A DNA stretch of 64,000 nucleotides from assembly GCA_023229865.1 (NCBI GenBank), contig JALNYL010000002.1:27577-91576 (forward strand). Direction: 5' to 3'. This DNA is from Minisyncoccota bacterium. GTDB lineage: Bacteria; Patescibacteriota; Minisyncoccia; Phycocordibacterales; UBA1550. A model generated the notes under the pieces. It had not been told where the DNA came from. It worked only from the letters and a program-made list of their open reading frames with translations, and made no database searches. Below are positions 28,923 to 39,444 of this stretch, one piece after another. The position numbers were made by a program, and so were the translations under genes. How positions within the stretch are numbered: position 1 is the stretch's first letter; each line of letters begins with the position of its first letter.

Positions 28923-29705
28923 ATGATTCAAGCAAAAAAATCTCTCGGGCAAAACTTCCTCAACTCTAAAACAGTTGCGCGTGATATCGTGCGCGCAGCA
29001 TACCTCTCATCGTCTGACACCGTGCTTGAGATTGGTCCAGGGAAGGGGTTCCTCACATCAGAGCTTCTCGCATCGGGAGCGCATGTCATCGCTGTTGAAA
29101 AAGATGATCGCATGATTCCGCTTCTCTCGGAAAAATTTGCGGAGGAAATTGTGCAAAAAAAGTTTACTCTCATTCATGGGGATGTTCTCGAGGAGCTTGA
29201 GAAAAAAACTATTTCGCTTCCTGCTCAGTACAAACTTGTTGCAAATATTCCTTACTACCTTACCGGGCAAATCATTCGTACATTTCTTGAAGCAAAAAAC
29301 AAACCAATACAAATGGTTCTTATGGTTCAAAAAGAAGTAGCGACCCGCATCGTCGCACGCGACAAAAAAGAAAGCATTCTCTCAATCGCCGTAAAAGCCT
29401 TTGGCGACCCAAAGCTCATCAAAAAAGTTCCTGCGCGTTATTTCACCCCTGCACCAAAAGTAGACTCTGCAGTACTCTCTATTGAAAACATATCTGGGAA
29501 AAACTTCCCCACAAAAAAATCAGAGGAAAGATTTTTTGAAATCGTCCGCACTGGATTCGCACACAAAAGAAAAGTTCTCTCAGGAAACCTGAAAGAACTT
29601 TTTAGCGATGAAACTATCGAGATTCTTGCTTCTGCAAACATTAAAGACAAGACCCGCGCAGAAAATCTTGTTCTCAAGGACTGGCTCACGCTTTCAAAAA
29701 GCTAA
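28923..29705 (+). CDS. rsmA: 16S rRNA adenine dimethyltransferase
   Basis: KKSLGQNFL, LEIGPGKG, ANIPYY, FTPAPKVDS. Confidence 0.96.
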   Translation: MIQAKKSLGQNFLNSKTVARDIVRAAYLSSSDTVLEIGPGKGFLTSELLASGAHVIAVEKDDRMIPLLSEKFAEEIVQKKFTLIHGDVLEELEKKTISLPAQYKLVANIPYYLTGQIIRTFLEAKNKPIQMVLMVQKEVATRIVARDKKESILSIAVKAFGDPKLIKKVPARYFTPAPKVDSAVLSIENISGKNFPTKKSEERFFEIVRTGFAHKRKVLSGNLKELFSDETIEILASANIKDKTRAENLVLKDWLTLSKS

Positions 29706-30157
29706 ATATTTGTGGTAGCAGCCCCAAGAGATGTGCCGTATTGGAGAATGGTACCCATTGCTGGTGGCATTGAATAACAAGGCTCTCCAAGCATCATACA
29801 TCCAGCGCCAACTCCTGTAGAGTATGAACCCACCAACCATGGACCCGACGGTGTATTTACCCATGTATCTCCCTCAAAAGAGCCATTTGTCCCCCAAATA
29901 TCATAGTATTGAAAAGGCTCACTCAAAGCTTCCGTAAGAAGAAACTCTCCACCAGTCGGAGGCCCAAGAGAAACATAATAAGTTGGAAGCGTGGAACAAG
30001 TGCAGACAGTAACCGAAGCAACGTAACCACCAAAACCAAGCATTCCGAGAGCCTCACTCTTTTTCGCCTGAAATACGAGGGTCCCCACAGTCGCAGCGAC
30101 GAGGAAAATTGCGATAAGCAAGATTTTATATTTTTTAACAAAACTAAGTGCTTTCAT
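29702..30157 (-). CDS. Secreted or membrane-anchored Cys-containing hypothetical protein
   Basis: N-terminal hydrophobic signal; CTC and C...PC motifs. Confidence 0.7.
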   Translation of the reverse strand: MKALSFVKKYKILLIAIFLVAATVGTLVFQAKKSEALGMLGFGGYVASVTVCTCSTLPTYYVSLGPPTGGEFLLTEALSEPFQYYDIWGTNGSFEGDTWVNTPSGPWLVGSYSTGVGAGCMMLGEPCYSMPPAMGTILQYGTSLGAATTNI

Positions 30158-30207
30158 TTCTTTAATTATTTCACACTATAGCACCATTAACAACCATTTT
30201 CTCAAAA

Positions 30208-31158
30208 CTACAGTGCGAGATTGAGTTTCCCCATATTACTTACTCCGTTTTCGTTAAGGACACGTATTGATATTGAAAATGACTGCTTCGTTGCTTTTGG
30301 AGAAAATTTTACCGGAAAAGCATTTTGGGGGACAACAAACGAAACTGATGTCCCGTCCGCGGATGATACATTTTCAAAAAGCCCAATACCACTTACCATT
30401 ATCGTGTTATTGTTTTTAAGGAAACCAGAACCATGGATCACTACAGTATCTCCACGAGAAACAGTACCTAGTTCAGTCTTCTCTATTTTGGGCTCTGGAG
30501 AAACACCGTCTGTCACGATAAACCATTGTTCTTTATTGCTCTCTCCTCGAGCGTTTTTAACCGAAAGATTATAGAGACCTTTTGGGATTTCGGGGATCTT
30601 GAATGTAATTGATTGCCCGCTCTGCGAAGACGCTTTTATCACTGCGTGCTTGGTCCCAAAATATATAGTATTGTCATTCGTCGTAAAGCCGGCCCCCAAA
30701 ACAGTAATCATCGTTCCCGCCTTCCCTGAGTACTGAGAGGGGAACATTAGATACACTTTTCCTTGTTCTGTCGTAATTTGCGGAATCTCTTTTAGCGCTG
30801 TTGCGTCCGTCTTTTGAGAAGAAGTCAGCAATGCGCTTATTTTCTCTCGTGTTTTTGGGCCAAAAACTCCCGTACCTGATGTCAGCCCCACTGGGATAAG
30901 CACCTCATTGCGATATTTTTCTTGGAATTTTATAAGTGCGCGCTTTGTGGCTGATCCAAAATAATCAGTTTCGTTCCCCAAGGAGCCTGCCCCTGTCTCG
31001 GCAACCCGTGTTTGTGCATCAGAATTCAAAAATTTTTGAAGCGCGCGCACATCTTCTCCGTGCGTCCCCACAAAAAGCGTGCGCGTAAAATCATTAGTTG
31101 CGCCCAGGGCAGCAAAAGGGAAACACAAAATCGCAAGAAAAACTACATATCGTTTCAT
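30208..31158 (-). CDS. Secreted peptidoglycan-binding-domain protein with two IPT/TIG-like domains
   Basis: GEDVRALQKFLN, YFGSATKRALIKFQ; ITVLGAGF and VVIHGSGF. Confidence 0.85.
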   Translation of the reverse strand: MKRYVVFLAILCFPFAALGATNDFTRTLFVGTHGEDVRALQKFLNSDAQTRVAETGAGSLGNETDYFGSATKRALIKFQEKYRNEVLIPVGLTSGTGVFGPKTREKISALLTSSQKTDATALKEIPQITTEQGKVYLMFPSQYSGKAGTMITVLGAGFTTNDNTIYFGTKHAVIKASSQSGQSITFKIPEIPKGLYNLSVKNARGESNKEQWFIVTDGVSPEPKIEKTELGTVSRGDTVVIHGSGFLKNNNTIMVSGIGLFENVSSADGTSVSFVVPQNAFPVKFSPKATKQSFSISIRVLNENGVSNMGKLNLAL

Positions 31159-31244
31159 TCTTAAAGAATACCACAGGAAGATAATTTTGTACTTGTGCAA
31201 AACTTCACTAGGCAAAAAGTTGGCAGGGGAGTATACTTTTGGGT

Positions 31245-33284
31245 ATGGACTTACAAAATTTTTTACAAGATGAAAGAAAGAAGAAGATTTTAATTATTAG
31301 CGGAATTGTATTGTTTGTTGTTTTAGGTTCAATTTTTATTTTTAGTCGAAATAATCCTGCCCCCGTGGACACGACAGGAGATGGACAAACTCAGCTTTTG
31401 GACGACCTCGCAGGGATTGCACCAAGAGATGGGGTTGCTCAGGACCAAAATCGTCTCGTCGCACCACTTGTTAAGGTTTCAGCGGATGTCCCCGTCGTTG
31501 CCCCAGGACAGCCTTCTGTGATTTCTTGGAATGCAACCAACGCGACAAGCTGTGTCGACGGCAGTGGTAATGCTATCCGCACAAGTGGTAGTCTCTCTAT
31601 CACTCCTACAGAAAACTACACCATGGATGTGGTTTGCACCAACCCAAAGGGTACAACCATTGAGTCTATTACGGTTGCTGTTACAACGACACCCATCATT
31701 ACCCTCAGCGCATCTCCCGAATCAGTTCTTGCAGGAGAGCAATCTTTCATCTCGTGGAACACCGTCAACACCACTCGCTGCACCGACAGTGCAGGAAAAA
31801 CACTTCGTTTGAGCGGCGGTATGCCCGTTGTGATTTCAAAGCCTTACACCTTTGAAATTAACTGTTCTGGCCCAAATGGCACCGACAAGAAATCGATAAC
31901 GGTGGGAATTTCTACGGTAAAGACCACTGAAAGCGAGCTTAAATATGTCTGGGTATTTAAATCAAAAGCAACGGCGACAAGCGCCTCAAAAACGTCCACG
32001 TTCCAGACAAGCGCTGGCTGCCAATCTGCATATGAAAATTCGACCGCATACTCAAAAACAGCTTGTACAAAGGTTCCCGTTGGCACAGCTGGGTCGACCA
32101 CAGTAAACGATAGCAACTCCGGAGGAACAGTAGGAGGAGAAGAGATTCTTGTCTGTATCACCCTCAACCAAACCCTTGAGCTAAACTCAACGGACGCCAA
32201 CGCAAACGGCGAAGTAACGGTTCTCCAGAAATTCCTTAATCGCAAAGGGTTCTTGAGTGCCGCACCATCAGGAAATTTTGGAAGTCTCACCGAAGACGCG
32301 GTTAAGCAATTCCAGATTTCTGAGGGGATCCCTGCAACTGGCAAAGTTGACGCAGAAACAAAAGTTAAAATCAAAAGCGTAAGCTGTGCAGACGCCGAAG
32401 CCGCGGCAAAAAAACTCGCGGACGAAATTAACGCAGGGAAAAAAGAAAATGAAACTACAACCGTAGGAGAAGGAACTCTTGGCCCAAAAATTAAACTCAC
32501 AATGTCTCCTGACACCATTGGTTTTGGACAGACAGCAGTGCTCACCTGGGAAATTGCTGACGCAGTGAGCTGTATTGTAAAACCGCTAGGAGGCAGCGCA
32601 ATTGCTGTTGTCGCCGGGAAAACGAGAGTTCTCGAAGAAGGGAAAGCATTTGCGATTCCTGACGACACAGGATTTTCTGGATCATATAGCCTGAAATTGA
32701 ACGGGGCAGATCTTAGTGTTAAGTTTGAATTTAAATGTAGTGGAGCTGGAATCACCGCAACCAACCAGAAAACTCTTTATTGGGATACGGCATCTGCTTC
32801 TTTTACAGAAGCAGCAACAATAGACGATCTTGAAGCAAGTCCTACAGCCATCGCAGAAGCTGCAATAGGAGCAGAATCCGAAGTAAGTTGGACCGCCTAC
32901 AACGCAACGAGTTGTAAAGTTAGTGGCGATGCTTACACAAGAATCCTCACCGATAGTGGCGAGTGGAAATCTCTTAAGGGCCTTGCTTCAGCAGCACCAA
33001 CAACAGGAGTAGTGCGTATTAAGCCAGGATTTGAAGGTTCTCAGGTGCCATACCACTCAGAGCAGGTCACTACAACATGTCCACCATATAGTGGTGACGG
33101 AGGAGATTACTGTATTCCAACAACAAGCACCGTGACATCAGGTGACGGCGCGCGTAAGGGCAACGAGACAGCAGTGGTTACGGTCTCATGTACGGGACCT
33201 ATTAAACCAGATCCAAAACCAAAGTCTGTGGCGATAACCATTACTCCAACCCCTCCTCCTTCTGGCGGTGGTGGAGGTTGGTAA
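31245..33284 (+). CDS. Membrane-anchored protein with Ig-like repeats and a peptidoglycan-binding domain
   Basis: Repeated SW.A.NA.SC units; EVTVLQKFLN..G.FG.LTEDAVKQFQ...GIPATG.VD. Confidence 0.85.
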   Translation: MDLQNFLQDERKKKILIISGIVLFVVLGSIFIFSRNNPAPVDTTGDGQTQLLDDLAGIAPRDGVAQDQNRLVAPLVKVSADVPVVAPGQPSVISWNATNATSCVDGSGNAIRTSGSLSITPTENYTMDVVCTNPKGTTIESITVAVTTTPIITLSASPESVLAGEQSFISWNTVNTTRCTDSAGKTLRLSGGMPVVISKPYTFEINCSGPNGTDKKSITVGISTVKTTESELKYVWVFKSKATATSASKTSTFQTSAGCQSAYENSTAYSKTACTKVPVGTAGSTTVNDSNSGGTVGGEEILVCITLNQTLELNSTDANANGEVTVLQKFLNRKGFLSAAPSGNFGSLTEDAVKQFQISEGIPATGKVDAETKVKIKSVSCADAEAAAKKLADEINAGKKENETTTVGEGTLGPKIKLTMSPDTIGFGQTAVLTWEIADAVSCIVKPLGGSAIAVVAGKTRVLEEGKAFAIPDDTGFSGSYSLKLNGADLSVKFEFKCSGAGITATNQKTLYWDTASASFTEAATIDDLEASPTAIAEAAIGAESEVSWTAYNATSCKVSGDAYTRILTDSGEWKSLKGLASAAPTTGVVRIKPGFEGSQVPYHSEQVTTTCPPYSGDGGDYCIPTTSTVTSGDGARKGNETAVVTVSCTGPIKPDPKPKSVAITITPTPPPSGGGGGW

Positions 33285-33368
33285 AATATTAGTTTCCTAA
33301 AGGTCCCCTCGGTATATACCGAGGGGACCTTTATTTTCACTCATAACAATGTGGTAAACTGAAACAAT

Positions 33369-34391
33369 ATGAAGAGAAAAATTCTATTCATGAGTTTCAT
33401 GATTTTTGCACTGCTCGTAATCGCAAGCACTCTCTTCGTGTTGCCATCTCGCAACAAAATTAATGTTGTCGAACAAGGAATAAATTATATCGACAGACAC
33501 CAACTAGAAAACGGGCTTATTCCTTACACTTTTTGTTTTGATAAAAAACTCAATGAAAATTGTAAGCAAGGGAGAAATTATTATATAACCGCGTCCACTG
33601 TTTATTCTTTGGATAAAATTAGAAAAAATTATTCAAACGACAAACTAGACGACATCGTTGCAAAAAGTATAGGGTTACTAGGGGTTAATATGCCTCAAAA
33701 TGGTCTCTGGAAGTATGTTCCCATTGATGAGGATGCTGATATTTCAAAAATAGATCCCGACATAGACGACACCGTCTTGATTTCTTTTGTCTTAAACAAA
33801 CACGGATACACAACCAATAATCGTGCCGCCATCAGAAACAATAGGGATGGCAATGGATTATTTTACGAGTGGATCAGAGCCAGCAAAATTAACAATGAAG
33901 TAGACCCCATCGTTAACACAAATGCGGCATTGTACCTAAACGACAAAGAAATAAATCGGGTGATTTGTTCCGCCCTCTCAGGTGCCATAAAGAAAAATGA
34001 GGAATTATCAACTCAATCATATTCTGACAATAATTATGCTTTATATTATGCAATTTCAAGAGCTTACACAGAGGGGATTGACTGTTTTGGTACCGAAAAA
34101 GATTTAATTATCAAAAAAATAACCGCTGATCAACAAAAAACGGGACAGATTGGAGAAAACGAATTTACCACAGCCTTGGCCCTCAACACCCTTCTTCGCT
34201 TTGGACATGGCGACAAAGATTTCTACAACAAATCTTTTAACTACCTATTTAAAGGACAGCAGGAAGACGGAGGATGGGAACTGTATCCCTTTTATTGCGA
34301 AACAAGAGCGATGGTGTGGTGCTCGGGAAGTCGCTCTTACGCAACTGCCGTCGCCCTCGAAGCAATCACTCATTATTATTTCAAAAAATAG
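33369..34391 (+). CDS. Exported prenyltransferase/squalene-cyclase-like alpha-alpha barrel protein
   Basis: DPDIDDT (DxDD), QLENG and QQEDGGW QW-like motifs; AT-rich gene. Confidence 0.65.
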   Translation: MKRKILFMSFMIFALLVIASTLFVLPSRNKINVVEQGINYIDRHQLENGLIPYTFCFDKKLNENCKQGRNYYITASTVYSLDKIRKNYSNDKLDDIVAKSIGLLGVNMPQNGLWKYVPIDEDADISKIDPDIDDTVLISFVLNKHGYTTNNRAAIRNNRDGNGLFYEWIRASKINNEVDPIVNTNAALYLNDKEINRVICSALSGAIKKNEELSTQSYSDNNYALYYAISRAYTEGIDCFGTEKDLIIKKITADQQKTGQIGENEFTTALALNTLLRFGHGDKDFYNKSFNYLFKGQQEDGGWELYPFYCETRAMVWCSGSRSYATAVALEAITHYYFKK

Positions 34392-34472
34392 TAATGCCCT
34401 GTGCAAAAAAGCCCTCTATTTACTGTATTTTAAATATATTCTCTGGTACAATAAATACGAGGACTGCATATT

Positions 34473-35252
34473 ATGAACCCACTAGCCTGGCAATTTAAAA
34501 AAATTTTTTCTGTTCTGTTTGCAATCCTCGTTGGGCTAGGCATTATTTTCTTTGCGTGGAAAAGCACCGTTGCTCTCCCTGCAGAAAACACCCCAGAAAG
34601 TGAGGGGGGTGAGTGGAGAGATTCTCTAAGTGTCGTCCCTCAGGCGAGCTCAACAAAAACACTCGGGGCAGCAACACGGGGGGCTGAAGCAACGACGACA
34701 ACAGGGATCATCGCCCGCGAGCTCATGACAAACTATCTCGTCGCTCAAGACGGCACACCGTCCACAATGAGCGACGAGGATGCAGAACTTTTTGCACAAA
34801 AAGTTCTGGATAAAGGCACGCCAAGTTCTTCAATAAAAGAGTATACTCAAAAAGATTTTGTAGTCGTAGGGGCAAGCACCTCGACAGTTTCGCTTTATCA
34901 AAAAGAAATATCTCAAGCGATGAACACTCTTATGAAAGAGAATTCATTCAATGAGCTCCTCGTTGTTTCTAAGGCTATCGAAACAGGGGACCCCTCGGGG
35001 CTCAAGTCTTTAGACGGGGCAATCTCTAGCTATCAAAAACTCCTCAGGTCGCTTCTTTCTATAAAAGTTCCTCAAACATCGATTGCGCTTCATGTATACG
35101 TCACTCAGAGTTATGCGACGATTCTTTCTGGGGTTATTGATATGCAGAAAATTATTTCTGACCCCGTTATTGGGCTGCAGGGAATCGCAAAATACAACAA
35201 AGGAGTAGATATGCTTTCCCAAAGCAAAACACCATCTTCAACTATTAAATAA
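34473..35252 (+). CDS. Single-pass membrane hypothetical protein
   Basis: N-terminal TM, helical C-terminus. Confidence 0.75.
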   Translation: MNPLAWQFKKIFSVLFAILVGLGIIFFAWKSTVALPAENTPESEGGEWRDSLSVVPQASSTKTLGAATRGAEATTTTGIIARELMTNYLVAQDGTPSTMSDEDAELFAQKVLDKGTPSSSIKEYTQKDFVVVGASTSTVSLYQKEISQAMNTLMKENSFNELLVVSKAIETGDPSGLKSLDGAISSYQKLLRSLLSIKVPQTSIALHVYVTQSYATILSGVIDMQKIISDPVIGLQGIAKYNKGVDMLSQSKTPSSTIK

Positions 35253-35261
35253 TTGACTTGT

Positions 35262-36350
35262 ATGAACTATCACAAAAAAAACAAAGCGCTCGCATTTCTC
35301 CTCCTTTTTTCACTTTTAAGTAGCTCTCTTTTTGTTCCTCAAGGTACCCGCGCAGCGACAACCTCTGGTTCTGCTTCGATTGACTGTGCAGAAGTAACAA
35401 CACTTGGGACAGAGATTCAAACAGTCGTCCAGGAGTGGGTAGCAGCAGCAGCGACAGAGATGGGAGCAAACGTAACATCTGTTCCTGTCCAAAACCCAGG
35501 GGCTGATACTTCAACAGCAGAAACCGCAGGGCAGACGACAGGCGAAACGACATGGCAGACGACAATAAAGGGCTTTTTAGATTGTGTTGTTTATAAAGCT
35601 GGGCAAATTGCTCTCGACAAACTCACCGATCAAACTATTACTTGGATCAAGGGGGGGATGAACGGGTCTCCTTATTACGCAATCGACCCTGCCCAATTTG
35701 AGCAAGACCTTATTGGTGCAGTTGCAGGCAATCTCTCTGCTCAAATCCGAGGACTTGAGCTTTGCGAATTCGACACAATGTTCAAAAACGACCTTGCCAA
35801 CTGGCTCGTCGTAGGGTCAACGGGGAACGCTGATTTAAAGTTTCAAAAAACCGTTGCCTGCCCATTTAAACAAATTAATGCTTCAGAGTTTTATAGTGGA
35901 GCGCAGGCCTTTACTTGGCAATACTTCGAGACGGCTCTCAATGATAGTGGTAATCCATTTGGAGTTTCCGTAGTTGCACAAAATGAATACACCAAGCAAC
36001 AAGCAGCGGAAGCAGCAAGGGCAAAACAACAACTTGATTGGGGCCAGGGATTCTTGAGTGTTGTAGACACAAGCGACTGTCAGTGGCCAGACGACATGAC
36101 AGAACAAGCGGTGGTGAATGGCGCCTCGTACAACGACGAGGGGGCAACACTTTCTGAGACAGAAATCGCCGCATATCAGCGAGCGTACTGCAAAAAAGTC
36201 ACCCCCGCACAACTCATCCAGAGCCAACTCACCAAATCAACAGAGAGTGAGTGGGATCGCCTTGGTTTTGCTGACAACCTCAACAAGATCATTAGTGCCT
36301 TTGTTACAAAAGTTTCTAATGACGCCGTAAAAGGTATTTTCAAAAAGTAA
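35262..36350 (+). CDS. Secreted Cys-containing hypothetical protein of the T4SS-like locus
   Basis: Signal peptide; WIKGGMNGSP and QLDWGQGFLS motifs. Confidence 0.75.
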   Translation: MNYHKKNKALAFLLLFSLLSSSLFVPQGTRAATTSGSASIDCAEVTTLGTEIQTVVQEWVAAAATEMGANVTSVPVQNPGADTSTAETAGQTTGETTWQTTIKGFLDCVVYKAGQIALDKLTDQTITWIKGGMNGSPYYAIDPAQFEQDLIGAVAGNLSAQIRGLELCEFDTMFKNDLANWLVVGSTGNADLKFQKTVACPFKQINASEFYSGAQAFTWQYFETALNDSGNPFGVSVVAQNEYTKQQAAEAARAKQQLDWGQGFLSVVDTSDCQWPDDMTEQAVVNGASYNDEGATLSETEIAAYQRAYCKKVTPAQLIQSQLTKSTESEWDRLGFADNLNKIISAFVTKVSNDAVKGIFKK

Positions 36351-36358
36351 TCACATAA

Positions 36359-38548
36359 ATGCATAATCTCTTCCCAAAACTTACAGCAATTCTCTTCGGG
36401 GCTGTTTTCTTGCTGGGAGGGGCGTCGATGGCGGGAGCTCAAGAGGCTTCCGTTATCTACTTTTATAAATTCAAAACAAACTCCGCAGAGAGCACTCCTT
36501 TCCAGTTTAAAGATTTTTCCACAGCAGCAGATTGTAATACCTCTCGAAGCACTGCCCCAACCTACGGACTATCCCCTTGTGTAGGGACCACAGTCGCGGG
36601 ACTTAACGCATTAAAACAAGCCGAGCAACAAAGAATGTCGTCTCTTGAAGCACGCGCTCGAAGTGCTGAAGAGAACGCTCTTTTTAAGAAGCTCAATTGT
36701 AACCCTGTTGGATCAATCATTGGGGGAGTTTTTGGTGGCGAAGGAACTCTTGCTGAGTGTGTCCCTGTTGTTACTTATTATGTAATCTACAAACCTGCCT
36801 CATGGCTCCTTATAGGTTCTGGTTTTATTTTTGACGCGATGCTTACATTGAGTATCGATAGCTCGTTTGTTAATCAAGAGTTTGTAGTAAGCACATGGAG
36901 TGTGGTGCGTGATTTCTCAAACATGCTCTTCATCTTCATCCTCCTTTATACAGGAGTGCAAACAGTCCTGGGAATAGGGAATTGGAGAAAGACAGTGCTT
37001 ATGGTCATCGTGATGGCACTCCTTATCAACTTCAGCCTCTTCTTTACTAAGGTTGTTATCGATGCGGGTAATGTGCTTGCGGTGGGAATATACAACAGCA
37101 TGGGAACTGAAAAGCCAACTGAGTTTCAGAGCTTTCAGAGCCCAGGGAAGGTCCACGAGCGTGACATTTCAGGTAGCCTTGCGGGGGCATTCCACCCAGA
37201 AAAATTCTTAAAGGTCTCAGGTGATGTCGATGCTCTTGATGCCACTATCGTATTCCTCATCGCAGCAATCGTCAGCGGTTACGCAGGATACATCTTTTTT
37301 AAAGCAGCACTCCTTTTTATTGGGCGTCTCGTAGCCTTTTGGTTCTTAATGATTGTCTCTCCGTTTGCATTTATTTCTATTGCCCTCCCCGCGGGAGCAA
37401 ACAAGTTCCAATCATGGCTTGACGAGCTGATTAGCCAAGCATTTATGGCGCCCGTATTCCTCTTCCTTATTTACCTCATTATGAAAGTCATTAGTGCGGG
37501 AGACGGCATCCTTGGGGCTCTTGTAAAACAGTCTGGCTCGAGCGTGGGAGCGTTTACTTTTGACAAAGTTCTTGCGCCCGTGATTATCGCCGCGATTCTT
37601 ATGTTCGCCCTTGAGCAAGCTTTTGGGTTTGCTAAAAAAATGTCAGGTGCCTTTGGTGAGTTTGGCTCAAGTCTCGGCGGGGCAGTAATGGGAATTGCAG
37701 GAGCAGGTCTTGTAGGGGGAGCAGCACGAGCTGGTCGCGTAGCTATTGGGGGGACAGCGCAGAGAATTTTGGATAGTGATAGACTTCAGGGCTTAGCGGC
37801 AAGTAAAAACACTTGGGCGCGCGCAACAGGAATCACCACCCTCGCACAAGGAGGAGTTCTTGCTGCAAACAAAGCAAAAGATGCTACTTACGATGTTCGC
37901 AATATCGGCGGAGCTATTGGAAAGGGAATCGGGACACTTGGAATGGGTAAGGGCGGGAAACTAAACTACGAAAAAGAAGAGGAGGCTTTTGTAAAAGAGC
38001 AGAAAAAACGCGCCGCAATGTTTGAGGTTGGTTCAGGGGCTGCACAAAAGGTCACCGTAGAAAAAACAAAAGAAACAGTCAAAGAAACTAAAGAGACTGT
38101 TAAAGAGCTCAAGGAGGTGAGAACGAAGGCGTCCGAAGAACTCAAGAAGGCAACCACAAAAGACACTGAGATGCGTAGCTCGGGGACATTTGACGAGGGG
38201 GTAAAGAGGGTTCTCGACGAGGCGAAGAGAAAGGACAAAGAAGCACAAGAGAGGCTTGAAGAGGCAGAGAAGAAAGCAGTTGAGGCAGAGCTTGCCGAAA
38301 AAGAAGCTTCCAAGGTTCTCAACACTGAGGATGAGCGCCGTCGAGGAGTACAGGGGAAGCAGGCTGCATTCTTCCATAAGCCATTCTCATCAGAAGAGAG
38401 AAAGAAGATTCGCGCAAAGATTCGCGAAGGAAAAACTTCAAAAGAAAAGGATGATGAAGACATAGCAAAAACACTCAAAAAGCTTGCGGAAAAGCTTCCA
38501 AAGGACGAAAAGGAGAAGGAAGAAAAGAAGGAAACTAGCGGACACTAA
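36359..38548 (+). CDS. VirB6/TrbL-like polytopic membrane protein with a charged coiled-coil tail
   Basis: WSVVRDFSNMLFIFILL, ALLINFSLFFTKVVID, R...WFLMIVSPFAF. Confidence 0.7.
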   Translation: MHNLFPKLTAILFGAVFLLGGASMAGAQEASVIYFYKFKTNSAESTPFQFKDFSTAADCNTSRSTAPTYGLSPCVGTTVAGLNALKQAEQQRMSSLEARARSAEENALFKKLNCNPVGSIIGGVFGGEGTLAECVPVVTYYVIYKPASWLLIGSGFIFDAMLTLSIDSSFVNQEFVVSTWSVVRDFSNMLFIFILLYTGVQTVLGIGNWRKTVLMVIVMALLINFSLFFTKVVIDAGNVLAVGIYNSMGTEKPTEFQSFQSPGKVHERDISGSLAGAFHPEKFLKVSGDVDALDATIVFLIAAIVSGYAGYIFFKAALLFIGRLVAFWFLMIVSPFAFISIALPAGANKFQSWLDELISQAFMAPVFLFLIYLIMKVISAGDGILGALVKQSGSSVGAFTFDKVLAPVIIAAILMFALEQAFGFAKKMSGAFGEFGSSLGGAVMGIAGAGLVGGAARAGRVAIGGTAQRILDSDRLQGLAASKNTWARATGITTLAQGGVLAANKAKDATYDVRNIGGAIGKGIGTLGMGKGGKLNYEKEEEAFVKEQKKRAAMFEVGSGAAQKVTVEKTKETVKETKETVKELKEVRTKASEELKKATTKDTEMRSSGTFDEGVKRVLDEAKRKDKEAQERLEEAEKKAVEAELAEKEASKVLNTEDERRRGVQGKQAAFFHKPFSSEERKKIRAKIREGKTSKEKDDEDIAKTLKKLAEKLPKDEKEKEEKKETSGH

Positions 38549-38555
38549 TTAAAAA

Positions 38556-39386
38556 ATGAACGAAGAAATTCAAAAAATCATTGAGGAACAACTCCCGAAA
38601 CTCCCAAAAGAAGTTGTGACTTTTTTGTCGTCAGCAAGTTGGGACGAGCACATACTGGAGATCAGCACGCTTTATAATCTCCCTGAAGATGAAGTAGCGA
38701 GTCTTAAAAATGAAGTAATTTTTGTTCTTATTGGACTAACGCCCCCTGATGAATTCAAAGAGATTCTTAGTGAGGAGACAGCTCTTCGAGGCTCTGTCCT
38801 TGATGCAGTCGTTTCTGCGGTGGAGAATAAAATCTTTGCTCCCGTTCGCCCCGCTCTTGCTGTGTTTTTTGAACAAGAAGCAGCACTTGCTACTGAATTC
38901 CCAGAAGAAGTATCTTTGGGGGTCGCAAAGGAGGCGACAGGAGAGGAGCCCCTTGCGGCACAAGGAGAGATAGTAGAAACACCGCAGGAAGCAGGGACTC
39001 TTCAGCTCGCGCCAACAACGGAGGAGATTATTCCTGCTCCATCAGTAGAAAAATTTACTTCACCCTTCTCCGCCATTATCCAACCAACACAAGTAAGAAC
39101 ATGGGAGAAAACCCCTGAGGTCGTCCCTGACAATCTTCCTACTGAGGACGCCGCGGAATCATTCTTGCCAAACCTTACCCCAAAAACTGTTGCGCAAACA
39201 GAAACTACTACAACCGCAGAACCAGAAGGGCACCCCTTTGAAGAAAAGATGAAGAAAGTATTTACCGCAGGACAGCAGTCGATGGGAGAGCTCGCTATTG
39301 AGCAAACAGTGCCGGCCACAAGCACCCCAGAGCGAAATGCTCCCCCCATTTATCACACAGACCCCTACCGCGAACCAATCGAATAG
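38556..39386 (+). CDS. Acidic hypothetical protein ending in DPYREPIE
   Basis: 276-aa ORF with helical N-domain and Pro/Glu-rich linker. Confidence 0.75.
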   Translation: MNEEIQKIIEEQLPKLPKEVVTFLSSASWDEHILEISTLYNLPEDEVASLKNEVIFVLIGLTPPDEFKEILSEETALRGSVLDAVVSAVENKIFAPVRPALAVFFEQEAALATEFPEEVSLGVAKEATGEEPLAAQGEIVETPQEAGTLQLAPTTEEIIPAPSVEKFTSPFSAIIQPTQVRTWEKTPEVVPDNLPTEDAAESFLPNLTPKTVAQTETTTTAEPEGHPFEEKMKKVFTAGQQSMGELAIEQTVPATSTPERNAPPIYHTDPYREPIE

Positions 39387-39444
39387 AACATTAAAAAGAA
39401 AAGGCCCTCATCACTGAGGGCCTTTGAGTTGTGTTTCGTTTCGA

